Of a stretch of 64,000 bases of DNA, positions 48,470 to 58,037 are shown piece after piece. The notes below the pieces were generated by a model. It was not told where the DNA came from. It ran no database searches and saw nothing but the letters and a program-made list of their open reading frames with translations. A program made the position numbers and the translations under genes. The stretch comes from Candidatus Zixiibacteriota bacterium (lineage in GTDB: Bacteria; Zixibacteria; MSB-5A5; UBA10806), in the NCBI GenBank assembly GCA_024641335.1, contig JAHEDG010000010.1:9910-73909 (forward strand), read 5' to 3'. Within the stretch, counting starts at the first letter, position 1, and the number at the start of each line of letters is the position of its first letter.

Positions 48470-48550
48470 TTCCTCCCTTTTTGCCTATATATCGGCACAA
48501 AATATTCAAACTACAGGGGGGATCACGTTAAATCTGTTTTGAACTAACGC

Positions 48551-49945
48551 TTAGCTGTGTATGCCGGGATCGGTCAGACCGGATAAATCGAGGATCTGGT
48601 CGAGCTTGTCGATATCTATCAGTTTTTCCTCTATGAGGATCTCCCTTACACTCTTGTTCTCGGCATATGACCGTTTGGCCACCTCGGCCGCTCTGGCATA
48701 TCCGATTATCGGATTGAGGGCGGTAACTACAGCGGCCGACGATTCGGCGTATTCGCGGCATCTTTTGCTATCGGCTTTAAGGCCCTCAATACAGAAATGG
48801 GTCAGGACATCGACAGAGTTGGTCAAGATGGTGATCGATTCGGGCAATTTATAAGCGATAAGCGGCATCATAACATTGAGATCCAGCTGTCCGGCCTGAG
48901 CGGCCCAGAGGATAGATTGGTCGTTACCGATAACGGCGAAACAGGCCATGTTGGTCATCTCAGCCATAACCGGATTAACCTTGCCGGGCATTATTGACGA
49001 TCCCGGCTGGCGCGCCGGCAAAAGCAGTTCGGCCAGGCCGGTTTTAGGGCCGGAGGCCAGAAGCCTGATATCGTTAGCGATCCGGGAAAGATCCTGGGCG
49101 AAATTCCGCAGGGCCGACGACAATCCCACAAATGGAGCCATCGATTGCATAGCCTCGAAATAATTTTTAGCCGGCCTGATATTCAAACCGGTCTGATTGG
49201 CCAGATTCTGGGCCACCTTCATCCGGTAATCAGGGTGAACATTGAGCCCTGTACCAGCCGCCGACCCCCCCAACCCGATCTCTTCGAGCTCGTCGAAGGC
49301 GGTCTCGATCCATTTGGCGTGCCTTTCAACAGTCCGGGCGTAACCGGAGAACTCCTGCCCCAGCCTGATCGGGACAGCGTCCTGAAGATGAGTGCGGGCT
49401 GATTTGATGACCGAATCGAATTCGATTGATTTATCTGAAAAGGACTGTCTCAAGGCCTGAAGCTTAGCTTTAAAGTCATTGCGTAAGATTAAAGCCGTTA
49501 TCCGAATAGAGGTAGGAATGAAATCATTGGTTGATTGTGCCATATTGACCGTATCATTGGGATTGATCGGCTCGTAATCCCCCTTCTGACCGCCGAGGAT
49601 CTCGTTGGCGCGGTTGGCAATGACTTCATTGATATTCATATTATGAGATGTGCCTGCTCCGGCCTGAAAGATATCGACAGCGAATTGATCGTGGAATTTG
49701 CCCTCGATTATCTCGTCGCAGGCCTGGATTATGGCCCTGGTCTGATCCGGATTTATCAGGCCGAGCGAGCTGTTGGTAATACAGGCGGCTTTCTTGACAT
49801 GGGCCGAGGCCAGGATAAAAGCCGGATGCGCCTTAATCCCGGAAATGGGGAAATTCTCGATCGCCCGTTGAGTCTGGGCACCCCAGTAGGCGTTTTCGGG
49901 GACCTTGACGTCGCCCAATGAATCTTTCTCTATTCTAAAGGCCAT
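48551..49945 (-). CDS. aspartate ammonia-lyase / class II fumarate hydratase family lyase (aspartase-like)
   Basis: 464 aa with the GSSIMPGKVNP signature of the fumarase/aspartase superfamily. The …VIGND… context is slightly closer to aspartase than to FumC. Confidence 0.8.
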   Translation of the reverse strand: MAFRIEKDSLGDVKVPENAYWGAQTQRAIENFPISGIKAHPAFILASAHVKKAACITNSSLGLINPDQTRAIIQACDEIIEGKFHDQFAVDIFQAGAGTSHNMNINEVIANRANEILGGQKGDYEPINPNDTVNMAQSTNDFIPTSIRITALILRNDFKAKLQALRQSFSDKSIEFDSVIKSARTHLQDAVPIRLGQEFSGYARTVERHAKWIETAFDELEEIGLGGSAAGTGLNVHPDYRMKVAQNLANQTGLNIRPAKNYFEAMQSMAPFVGLSSALRNFAQDLSRIANDIRLLASGPKTGLAELLLPARQPGSSIMPGKVNPVMAEMTNMACFAVIGNDQSILWAAQAGQLDLNVMMPLIAYKLPESITILTNSVDVLTHFCIEGLKADSKRCREYAESSAAVVTALNPIIGYARAAEVAKRSYAENKSVREILIEEKLIDIDKLDQILDLSGLTDPGIHS

Positions 49946-50143
49946 TTTGTACTCCTTTTATCGTTTTCATTATAGATCTATTACTACGATAAATGACAAT
50001 GAGTTTCAAGTTTATAATAATATTGCGGCGGGGAATTATCCTAACGGCTCCCATGTCGTCATGTTCGGCCCGCGGCTCGAAAAGGGACCTGACGACCGAG
50101 GAAATGGCGTCATTGCTTCGGCAATACAGCCGGAAGCATCAGA

Positions 50144-51343
50144 TTACTCCGTTGGTGGGCAATCGGCGCAGGGAATCAAGTTCGGGCCACCTTTGAAATA
50201 ACCTACCAGATAAGTAACATCCAGCCCGTTTATCGAACAGCTTCCATTGACATCGACGGTGACCATAAAATCACCATGTGGAGGACAATCACAGATATCC
50301 GGCGGAGGCGGGCCGCCTTTAAGGAAATTGACTAAATAGACCACGTCGAGACCGTTAGTGGTTCCGTCGCCATTGATATCGCCGACAACATAGACGCAGC
50401 CTCCCCCGCCACCAGGAGCCAGGACCGCGCCAAACGCCCCCATGTCACAGAGATTTGTACCGAGACCCCAGATACATTCGAGACGGGTTTCAGTTAAATC
50501 AGGATCGCCGGAATCAATGCAGGGTGAATCGCTTCCGCTGCCGCAAGAGATGGCCATCAGATGATAATCTCCGGCGGCCGGGTCCCGAAAGAGCGGATTT
50601 TGATTAATATTCCCCTGTCCGCTCCATCCCCCCTGAATATCGCTGTAAGTGATACTGACGGTTCCGGTGATCTGGTCGCTGTTATTTCCCCAGATAATTG
50701 TATTGCTGATAACCGGATTGGATGACCAGGATGAGATACCGGCGCCTCCGGCACTGGGGGCTGTATTTCCGGCTATTACGCAGTTGGAAATAACCGGATC
50801 GCAATTCGCGCTCAAAGATATCCCGCCTCCGAACGAGGCCGTAGAGTTGCCGTAGATTACTGTATTCTTGATAAGCGGATCGCAGTTTTGCCAGCAGGAT
50901 ATGCCTCCGCCACTCTGGCCCGCGGAATTCTGCTTTATAATATTGAAGGCGATAAGCGGATTTGAGCCGCTGGCGCAAGAGATCCCCCCGCCAAAGGATC
51001 CGTTACCTCCGATAAGCGTAAAACCGATCAGAGCCGCGGAGTTAGTTTCTCCGCTTTCCATGAGCACGACTGTTCCGGCAGAATGGCCATCGATAATGGT
51101 GGTTTGGATATGAACGATGTCTCCCGAAGTTAAGAAAAGCGAGCCGACAACAATGTTGCGGCCGTTGTAATTTATATTCTCAAGATAGGTTCCGGGCTGA
51201 ACCAGGACTGTATCGCCGGGTGAAGAAGCGTCAATACCCGCCTGGATAGCGCTATATTCTCCGGGGACATTGATAATAGCGGCAGGTGAAGAAAGGGCAA
51301 TGGCTATAGTTAAAAGCGGGATAAAAACAAAAAGTCTAATCAA
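50144..51343 (-). CDS. secreted right-handed parallel beta-helix repeat protein with C-terminal dockerin-like Ca-binding repeats
   Basis: Signal peptide (MIRLFVFIPLLTIAIALSSPAA), many …N.I.GN.…GGGI… beta-helix turns, and a C-terminus with two dockerin-type repeats (DINGDGTTNGLDVVYLVNFL, DVNGSCSINGLDVTYLVGYF). Confidence 0.55.
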   Translation of the reverse strand: MIRLFVFIPLLTIAIALSSPAAIINVPGEYSAIQAGIDASSPGDTVLVQPGTYLENINYNGRNIVVGSLFLTSGDIVHIQTTIIDGHSAGTVVLMESGETNSAALIGFTLIGGNGSFGGGISCASGSNPLIAFNIIKQNSAGQSGGGISCWQNCDPLIKNTVIYGNSTASFGGGISLSANCDPVISNCVIAGNTAPSAGGAGISSWSSNPVISNTIIWGNNSDQITGTVSITYSDIQGGWSGQGNINQNPLFRDPAAGDYHLMAISCGSGSDSPCIDSGDPDLTETRLECIWGLGTNLCDMGAFGAVLAPGGGGGCVYVVGDINGDGTTNGLDVVYLVNFLKGGPPPPDICDCPPHGDFMVTVDVNGSCSINGLDVTYLVGYFKGGPNLIPCADCPPTE

Positions 51344-51760
51344 GAGATCCTCCCTATTAGAGGTTTTGGAATTCCTTTATTTTTCTTAGTTACAAAAGGG
51401 CAATAAACGAAGATAAAAGCACTGCCTGATCGAAATATATGAATATGAGCCAATTAGTAAAGTAGAACATTATCACAGCCGAGCTGGAGTATATCAGGAT
51501 AGGAAATTCCGGAATTCTGGCAAAATCGAGGCCGCCGGCAGAGAGAGCTGACAATACAAGGAAAGCTCGAGTTTCTTGACGAATTAACAGAGCAATATAG
51601 GGCTATCAATCGCATTTTTTACTGTCATCCGTTCCGACGGAACGGTCAGGCGGAACGCCTCACGACTGTATCCCGGCTCTGGGGAAAAGGTATCTGGTGA
51701 CAAAGAGCCAGACGGCTATTATTAAGAAGATTTCTATTATATCGCGCATTATATTCCCTT

Positions 51761-52906
51761 CTATTCTGTTTCCTTAAGCAGCATACGGGAGATAACCAGC
51801 CTTTGTATCTCGGAAGTTCCCTCGCCTATTTCGCAAAGTTTGACATCCCGGTACATTCGCTCTACCGGGTAACGATCGCCATAGCCTTCCGCTCCGAGAA
51901 TCTGGATGGCCTGATAAGTGACGAAATTTCCGACTTCGGAAGCGTAAAGCTTGGCCATAGCCGATTCTTTGGAATAACGTCTTTTCCCTTCGTCTTTAAG
52001 GCTGGCGGCGTGGTAAACAAGATGCCTGGCGGCCTGAATTCTTGTGGCCATATCGGCCAGCTTAAAACCTATGCCCTGGTAATCTCCTATAGCCTTACCG
52101 AATTGTTTGCGGTTTTTGGCGTATTTCACGGCCACGTCGAAGGCCCCCTGGGCCAGACCTAGAGCCATAGCTCCGATAGAGATCCGTCCGCCATCGAGGG
52201 TTTTCATGAATTGCTTGAATCCGGAACCTGTTTCGCCGAGCAGGTCTGAATCAGGAACGAAACAGTCGTCAAAATGCAGAAACCGAGTATCTGAGCCTCT
52301 AAGCCCCATTTTATTTTCTTTTTTCCCTGACGAAAAACCGGCAGTACCCGATTTCATGATGAAGGATGAGATGGAATGCGATCCCGGTTCATATGATGTT
52401 CTGGCGGTAAAGACAAATGTGGAGGCTACTCCGGCGTTGGTGATCCAGCATTTGGTCCCGTTGACCTTGAAGCCGCCATCGGTTTTTTCGGCGAATGTCC
52501 TGGTGCCGCCGGCATCGGAACCTGCTCCGGGCTCGGTCAATCCGAATCCGGCCAGATCTCCGCCGGTAGTAATGGCCGGTAGAAATTTCTTTTTTTGTTC
52601 TTCTGTTCCGAATTCATAAATCGGCCAGCATCCGAGAGAGTTATGAGCGGCCAGAGTTATTCCGGTTGACCCGCAAACGCGTGATACTTCCTCGACAGCG
52701 ATAATATAGGTCATCGTGTCGGAGAGTGTGCCGCCGTATTTTTCATCGACCACCATTCCCAGAAGCCCGAACTTATTGAGTCTGGCGACCAGTTCATCGG
52801 GGAAAACCTGTTCTCTGTCGATTTTGGTTGTTAACGGCAGTATTTCGGCGAGCGCGAATTCTCTGATTTTCGATCTGTATTTGTCATGTTTATCTGATGT
52901 CCACAT
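51761..52906 (-). CDS. acyl-CoA dehydrogenase (short/medium-chain type)
   Basis: 381 aa, ACAD N/M/C domains, catalytic-base region …YDVKLCEIGEGTSEIQRLVISR…. Confidence 0.9.
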   Translation of the reverse strand: MWTSDKHDKYRSKIREFALAEILPLTTKIDREQVFPDELVARLNKFGLLGMVVDEKYGGTLSDTMTYIIAVEEVSRVCGSTGITLAAHNSLGCWPIYEFGTEEQKKKFLPAITTGGDLAGFGLTEPGAGSDAGGTRTFAEKTDGGFKVNGTKCWITNAGVASTFVFTARTSYEPGSHSISSFIMKSGTAGFSSGKKENKMGLRGSDTRFLHFDDCFVPDSDLLGETGSGFKQFMKTLDGGRISIGAMALGLAQGAFDVAVKYAKNRKQFGKAIGDYQGIGFKLADMATRIQAARHLVYHAASLKDEGKRRYSKESAMAKLYASEVGNFVTYQAIQILGAEGYGDRYPVERMYRDVKLCEIGEGTSEIQRLVISRMLLKETE

Positions 52907-52907
52907 T

Positions 52908-54053
52908 TTATTTTTTCCCCAGGTTTCTGAAAATTACCATACGCTGCGCTTCCGACGTTCCCTCGTATATTTCAGTTACCCGGGCATCTCGGAAATATCT
53001 TTCGACAGGATATTCTTTCACGTAGCCGTACCCCCCATGAATCTGCACGGCTTCATTAGCCACCCAATTAGCTGTTTCGGAGGCTTGCAGTTTGGCCATA
53101 GAGATGAATTTGGAGGCTTCCCTGCCGAGTTTGTCTTTTTTCCAGGCCGCCGAATAGGTCAGCAGTCTGGCAGCCTCGATTTTCAGGGCCATATCCGCGA
53201 GTTTGAACTGAATAGTCTGGAAGTTGGCGATAGGCTGATCGAACTGCTCCCGTTGATGAGCGTATTTGTAGGCTTCCTCGAAAGCGGCCTGGGCAATACC
53301 GACTCCCTGTGCGGCGACTCCCATCCTGCCACCGTCAAGAAGAGACAAGGCGACCTTGAAACCGTGATTTTTTTCGCCGATCAGATTCTCTTTTGGTATT
53401 TCGCAATCGACGAAAGAAACTTCGCGGGTATCCGAGGGTTTGATTCCCATTTTTTTCTCTTTAGCCCCCAGACTCAATCCCGGGGTATCTTTATCAACTA
53501 TAAAACAGGATATGCCTTTGGGACCCAATGACCTGTCGGTCAGAGCGAAGACTATAAAAACTTTAGCTACTCCAGCCGATGTTATCCATGATTTTGTACC
53601 GTTAAGAATGAATTTATCGCCTTTTTCATCGGCGGTACATTTGAGGGAACCGGCATCTGTTCCGGCATCCGGTTCTGAAAGGCAATATGAGCCGAAAAAT
53701 TCACCCGAAGCCATGGAAGGGAGATACTTGTCTTTCAGGAAATCGGAACCCCAGTTATGGACCGCTCCGCAACAAAGGGAGTTATGCACGGAAAGACCGA
53801 TCATGACACCGGCTGATCCGCGGGCCAGTTCCTCCATGGCGCAGACATAGGAAAGGCTATCGAGCTCCAATCCTCCGTATTTTTCCGGGAGGAGCATGCC
53901 GAAATATCCGAGATCGGCCAGCTCTTTGTATATTTCCGGCGGGACAGCCTCTTCCTCATCCATTTTTTCGGCAATGGGGATGAGTTTTTTCTCGGCAAAT
54001 TCCCGGGCCGCGTCGCGCATCAATATCTGGTCTTCGCCCAATTCAAAATCCAT
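52908..54053 (-). CDS. acyl-CoA dehydrogenase (butyryl-CoA dehydrogenase-like), second copy
   Basis: 381 aa ending …RDARVTEIYEGTSEAQRMVIFRNL…. Tandem with the previous ACAD, separated by 1 nt. Confidence 0.9.
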   Translation of the reverse strand: MDFELGEDQILMRDAAREFAEKKLIPIAEKMDEEEAVPPEIYKELADLGYFGMLLPEKYGGLELDSLSYVCAMEELARGSAGVMIGLSVHNSLCCGAVHNWGSDFLKDKYLPSMASGEFFGSYCLSEPDAGTDAGSLKCTADEKGDKFILNGTKSWITSAGVAKVFIVFALTDRSLGPKGISCFIVDKDTPGLSLGAKEKKMGIKPSDTREVSFVDCEIPKENLIGEKNHGFKVALSLLDGGRMGVAAQGVGIAQAAFEEAYKYAHQREQFDQPIANFQTIQFKLADMALKIEAARLLTYSAAWKKDKLGREASKFISMAKLQASETANWVANEAVQIHGGYGYVKEYPVERYFRDARVTEIYEGTSEAQRMVIFRNLGKK

Positions 54054-54092
54054 TACACCACCTCATCGAGTATCTAAAAATCAATTGTCGAA

Positions 54093-54947
54093 CTATTTGC
54101 CGTAATCGTAAAAACCCCGGCCCGATTTTCGTCCCAGGTATCCGGCCATGACCAGCTTCTTGAGCAGCGGGCAGGGACGATATTTAGAATCAGAGTAACC
54201 TTCATACAAAACGTTCATAATGTCAAGACAAACGTCCAAACCGATAAAATCGGCCAGGGTCAACGGTCCCATAGGATGATTCATGCCCAGTTTCATGACC
54301 GTATCGATATCTTCGGCTTTGGCCACGCCTTCCATTAGGCAAAAAGCGGCCTCGTTGATCATCGGCATGAGCACCCGGTTGGATATGAAGCCGGGATAAT
54401 CGTTGACCTCAACCGGTGTTTTGCCTATCGCGATCGATAAATCATGGATGGTTTTGTAGGTTTCATCGGAGGTAGCGTGTCCCCGGATAATCTCGACCAG
54501 CTTCATCATGGGTACGGGGTTCATGAAATGCATACCTATAAATCTATCGGGCCGTGTGGTATCGGAAGCCATAGCGGTTATAGGGAGCGACGACGTATTC
54601 GAAGCGAAGATAGTTTCGCTCTTACAAACAGAATCGAGCGCTTCGAATATTTCGGCTTTGACATGGCCGTCCTCATAAACGGCCTCAATAGCCAGATCAG
54701 CCGTTTTGGCGTCCTCGATTTTCAGAGTCGGCTTGATACGGCCTGTTATGGCGGAAATATTGTCGGCCGAGATCTCCCCTTTTTTCGCCTGACGATCCAG
54801 GTTCTTTTTAATAGTCGCCATCGCCTTATCCAGATATTCCTGTCCGGTTTCCACTAACAGAGTCTCGAATCCATTCTGCGCGAACACATGAGCGATACCG
54901 TTGCCCATAGTGCCGCCGCCTACCACCGCGATCTTCTTAATCTTCAT
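54093..54947 (-). CDS. hbd: 3-hydroxybutyryl-CoA dehydrogenase (NAD-dependent 3-hydroxyacyl-CoA dehydrogenase)
   Basis: 284 aa with N-terminal Rossmann [14 protein letters not shown] plus the 3HCDH C-terminal domain. Confidence 0.9.
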   Translation of the reverse strand: MKIKKIAVVGGGTMGNGIAHVFAQNGFETLLVETGQEYLDKAMATIKKNLDRQAKKGEISADNISAITGRIKPTLKIEDAKTADLAIEAVYEDGHVKAEIFEALDSVCKSETIFASNTSSLPITAMASDTTRPDRFIGMHFMNPVPMMKLVEIIRGHATSDETYKTIHDLSIAIGKTPVEVNDYPGFISNRVLMPMINEAAFCLMEGVAKAEDIDTVMKLGMNHPMGPLTLADFIGLDVCLDIMNVLYEGYSDSKYRPCPLLKKLVMAGYLGRKSGRGFYDYGK

Positions 54948-55134
54948 TTATTAATCCTTCCATTGTTGTTAATCTCTTCCGCGGCATCATGATCGCGGCT
55001 ATTTTCATTTCCACTATCATATAAATTGCGACCCGCCTGTCGGGCCATCATTTTTTTATCAGGTTCTTGCTTTCTTATGGCCTTACTAAAGCGCGACTTG
55101 TCAGGCGCTATTTCCTTTCGTTTATTATGGCAAA

Positions 55135-55923
55135 CTATAATTCACTCTGTATCTGTTTCTCCATCAGGTTCCAGGTTTCTACGGTCCTGACCGAATCGAT
55201 AAGATTACCGAATTCATCGCGAACATAATGAACGCCAAAATCCATTTGAGATTTTACCAATCCGTCATCCGTATACCAATCGTAGAAAGATATAACGACA
55301 TTCGGATTCGGTATCATGACGTCAGAAATATGGCTGCTGACAACGTCGCAGAGAAAATAACCGGCCATAATATCCAGATACTCCGTGCCGGCGACAAAGC
55401 TCGATTTACTTCCCTGCATATGGCTCCAGCAAAGCCAGCCCTTACCATTCGACAGAGGAAAATCAAGCCAAATCCCGGGCTGATCATTAAGAAGCGGATG
55501 GGGCTCCGAACCGGGGTTGTAGATATCCGCCGCATATTCTTTCAGTCTGCCGTTGTCTATTTTAACCAGATATCTGGCGATAGATGTGTCGATCAGATCG
55601 GCCGCGGTAGTGATAATCGTATCTTCGAGAGCAACCAGGCCGGCGATATCGAAGGCGGTATCGGGGCCGATAACATGCCTGGAGATCTCTCTTCTGATTG
55701 TATCGGCCAAAGCGGAATCGTTGAAGGGATAATCGATCATAAATCCATCATAGACCCATCTGCTGTCAGTTGTCAAAGGGAAACCGGAGGTCGGTGTTCT
55801 ACCCGGTTTCGACGGTCCGTCTCCGCAGGCCAAACTAAGTACGAGCAGAGCGATTAATATTGTGAAAACAGCTAATTTCAACATTACCGTCACTCCTCGA
55901 ATTAAAGGTTCGAAATTTATCAA
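55135..55923 (-). CDS. hypothetical lipoprotein (paralog 1)
   Basis: 262 aa with signal peptide and lipobox (…LSLACGDG). Shares block similarity with the adjacent ORF (…HYVRDEFGNLIDSVRTVETWNLMEKQ vs …VDIRRDELGNPIDSARAIEIMELIDYQ). Confidence 0.5.
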   Translation of the reverse strand: MINFEPLIRGVTVMLKLAVFTILIALLVLSLACGDGPSKPGRTPTSGFPLTTDSRWVYDGFMIDYPFNDSALADTIRREISRHVIGPDTAFDIAGLVALEDTIITTAADLIDTSIARYLVKIDNGRLKEYAADIYNPGSEPHPLLNDQPGIWLDFPLSNGKGWLCWSHMQGSKSSFVAGTEYLDIMAGYFLCDVVSSHISDVMIPNPNVVISFYDWYTDDGLVKSQMDFGVHYVRDEFGNLIDSVRTVETWNLMEKQIQSEL

Positions 55924-56654
55924 CCGTTTATCTGATAATCGATAAGTTCCATTATCTCTATCGCCCGGGCGGAATCGATGGGATTACCCAGTTCGTCTCT
56001 TCGAATATCAACACCGTAATCAATCTCTGATCGAATCAGACCATCATTGGAATACCACCAGTACGAATCGAAAAATTGATGCCCGGTATTGGAATCGAGC
56101 GCCCTCGTTCGAACGACGTCGCATTTAACAATACCGCTGCCCACAGCGATATTCTCGATACCGACGACGCTGCTGTAAATATCGGCGATATCGGTTTGAT
56201 AAACCGGGAAGGCCTTTCCGGGAAAAAGCGGGAAATCAAGAATAACGCGGGGAGTTGAAAAATATAAAGGAACCGGAGTTTCGCCCGGCAAAAACGAACT
56301 AGAGGCGAACTGTAATAGTTGTCCGGCCGAAAGACCGTACCAATATCTGAATACGAAAGAATCGGGAGGAACCCCGGGGTCGTCACGAAAGGTGGAATCA
56401 TCGACAAGGAAGGTCTGGGTTGAGTTGATTATGGTATCCTGGCCTATTACCCGACGATAGATCACGAATGTTTGAGTATCGGTTACCGCGGAATCGGCAA
56501 ATGGAATATCGAGATACCACTTAACATATTCCCAACGGGCGCCTGTCTCTAAAGGAAATGCGGTGGCCCCGATATACTCAGGCTCAGTGTTTTTTGTGGA
56601 GCAACCCATGAACAACAAGGTGCCAATCAGGGTGATTAGGAATTTATTAATCAT
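55920..56654 (-). CDS. hypothetical lipoprotein (paralog 2)
   Basis: 244 aa with signal peptide and lipobox (…LFMGCSTKN). Tandem paralog of the previous gene, with a 4-nt overlap. Confidence 0.5.
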   Translation of the reverse strand: MINKFLITLIGTLLFMGCSTKNTEPEYIGATAFPLETGARWEYVKWYLDIPFADSAVTDTQTFVIYRRVIGQDTIINSTQTFLVDDSTFRDDPGVPPDSFVFRYWYGLSAGQLLQFASSSFLPGETPVPLYFSTPRVILDFPLFPGKAFPVYQTDIADIYSSVVGIENIAVGSGIVKCDVVRTRALDSNTGHQFFDSYWWYSNDGLIRSEIDYGVDIRRDELGNPIDSARAIEIMELIDYQING

Positions 56655-56798
56655 AAATTTCCTCCCCGGTTAAAGGGATTTATTCTAATAGCCGGGAGCG
56701 CAGGGCTCCCGACCTACGGCTAATTAACCTCTCCCGATGGTCAGATCCCGGAGAGATTTGACCTGCGATCTGTGTGTCAAAACCGCGAGGGTTTTGAA

Positions 56799-57983
56799 CT
56801 ACATCATTTCTATCGCTAACGCGACCGCATTGCCGCCGCCGAGGCATAATGTTGCCATGCCGGTCTTAAGCCCGCGGTCCTTGAGAGCGTATATCAACGT
56901 GGTCAATATCCTGGAGCCGGAGGCTCCGATCGGGTGACCCAGGGCTATCGCTCCGCCGTTTACATTGACCTTATTGTAATCCCAGCCGAGCTCGTTGCCG
57001 TCGGCTAAGCATTGGGCAGCGAAGGCCTCGTTGGCCTCGATCAGGTCCCAATGGCCGATCTTGACATTCATCTTCTTCATCAAATTTTGCACAGCGTAGA
57101 TTGGCGCGAAAAAGAGATCCTGGGGATCGGTGCCCGCCGCCGCGTAGGCGATAATTTTAGCCAGCGGTTTGTGGCTATGCTTTTGTGCATATTCTATCGA
57201 TGAAACTATGACCGCTGATGAACCGTCGTTTAAGCCCGGAGCGTTGCCGGCCGTGATTATCCCGTCTTTTTGAAAGGCCGGCCTGAGCTTAGCCAGCGTC
57301 TCCACGGTCGTTTGCGGACGAGGACATTCATCAGTATCGAAAACGACCGGATCGCCTTTACGCTGGGCAATCTCGATCGGGAATATTTCGGTTTTGAACT
57401 TACCGTCGGCCATCGCTTTGCCCGCTTTTTGCTGTGAATTGGCCGAATATTCATCCAACATTTGACGGGTCAGCTTGGCTTTTACGGCGGTATATTCGGC
57501 GGCGCTACCCATATGGTAATCGTTGAACGAGTCCCAGAGGCCGTCGGTGATCATCAAGTCCACTAATTGCTTATGCCCGAATTTCAATCCGCCTTTAGCC
57601 CCGTGCAGAGCGTACGGCGTGTTAGACATCGATTCCTGCCCTCCAGCTACAAACAGATGGCCGTCGCCGGCTTTGATCGCCTGGGCTGAGAGCATGACCG
57701 CTTTTAAGCCCGAACCGCAGACTTTGTTGATGGTCAGCGCGGGGACTTTCGACGGTATCCCGCCGTGCATGGCCGCCTGACGGCCGGGGGCCTGATTGGA
57801 GCCGCCCTGCACTACCTGCCCCATGATTACCTCGTCGATATCATTAGGGTCGATACCGGCCCGTTTTACCGCTTCTTTTATCGCCAGCGCCCCTAATTGC
57901 GGGGCGGTAAAGTTTGAGAGACCGCCTAAGAAATTCCCTATCGCCGATCGGCACGCTGATAATATTACAGCTTCACCAGCCAT
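56799..57983 (-). CDS. acetyl-CoA C-acetyltransferase (thiolase II)
   Basis: 394 aa with active-site regions …[12 protein letters not shown]…, …[17 protein letters not shown]…, and a [11 protein letters not shown]-terminus. Confidence 0.9.
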   Translation of the reverse strand: MAGEAVILSACRSAIGNFLGGLSNFTAPQLGALAIKEAVKRAGIDPNDIDEVIMGQVVQGGSNQAPGRQAAMHGGIPSKVPALTINKVCGSGLKAVMLSAQAIKAGDGHLFVAGGQESMSNTPYALHGAKGGLKFGHKQLVDLMITDGLWDSFNDYHMGSAAEYTAVKAKLTRQMLDEYSANSQQKAGKAMADGKFKTEIFPIEIAQRKGDPVVFDTDECPRPQTTVETLAKLRPAFQKDGIITAGNAPGLNDGSSAVIVSSIEYAQKHSHKPLAKIIAYAAAGTDPQDLFFAPIYAVQNLMKKMNVKIGHWDLIEANEAFAAQCLADGNELGWDYNKVNVNGGAIALGHPIGASGSRILTTLIYALKDRGLKTGMATLCLGGGNAVALAIEMM

Positions 57984-58037
57984 TTATTCCTCCTTACACC
58001 AAGTATTTATTTAACGGGATACTATGTTATTTATTAT

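Noticed and set aside
55040-55075. Plus-strand terminator-like hairpin plus T7 run (GACCCGCCTGTCGGGC…CATCATTTTTTTATC) between hbd and the lipoprotein genes
   Set aside because: The orientation is wrong for the surrounding minus-strand genes (on the minus strand it is an A-run before the hairpin), and there is no plus-strand gene upstream. It is likely fortuitous.
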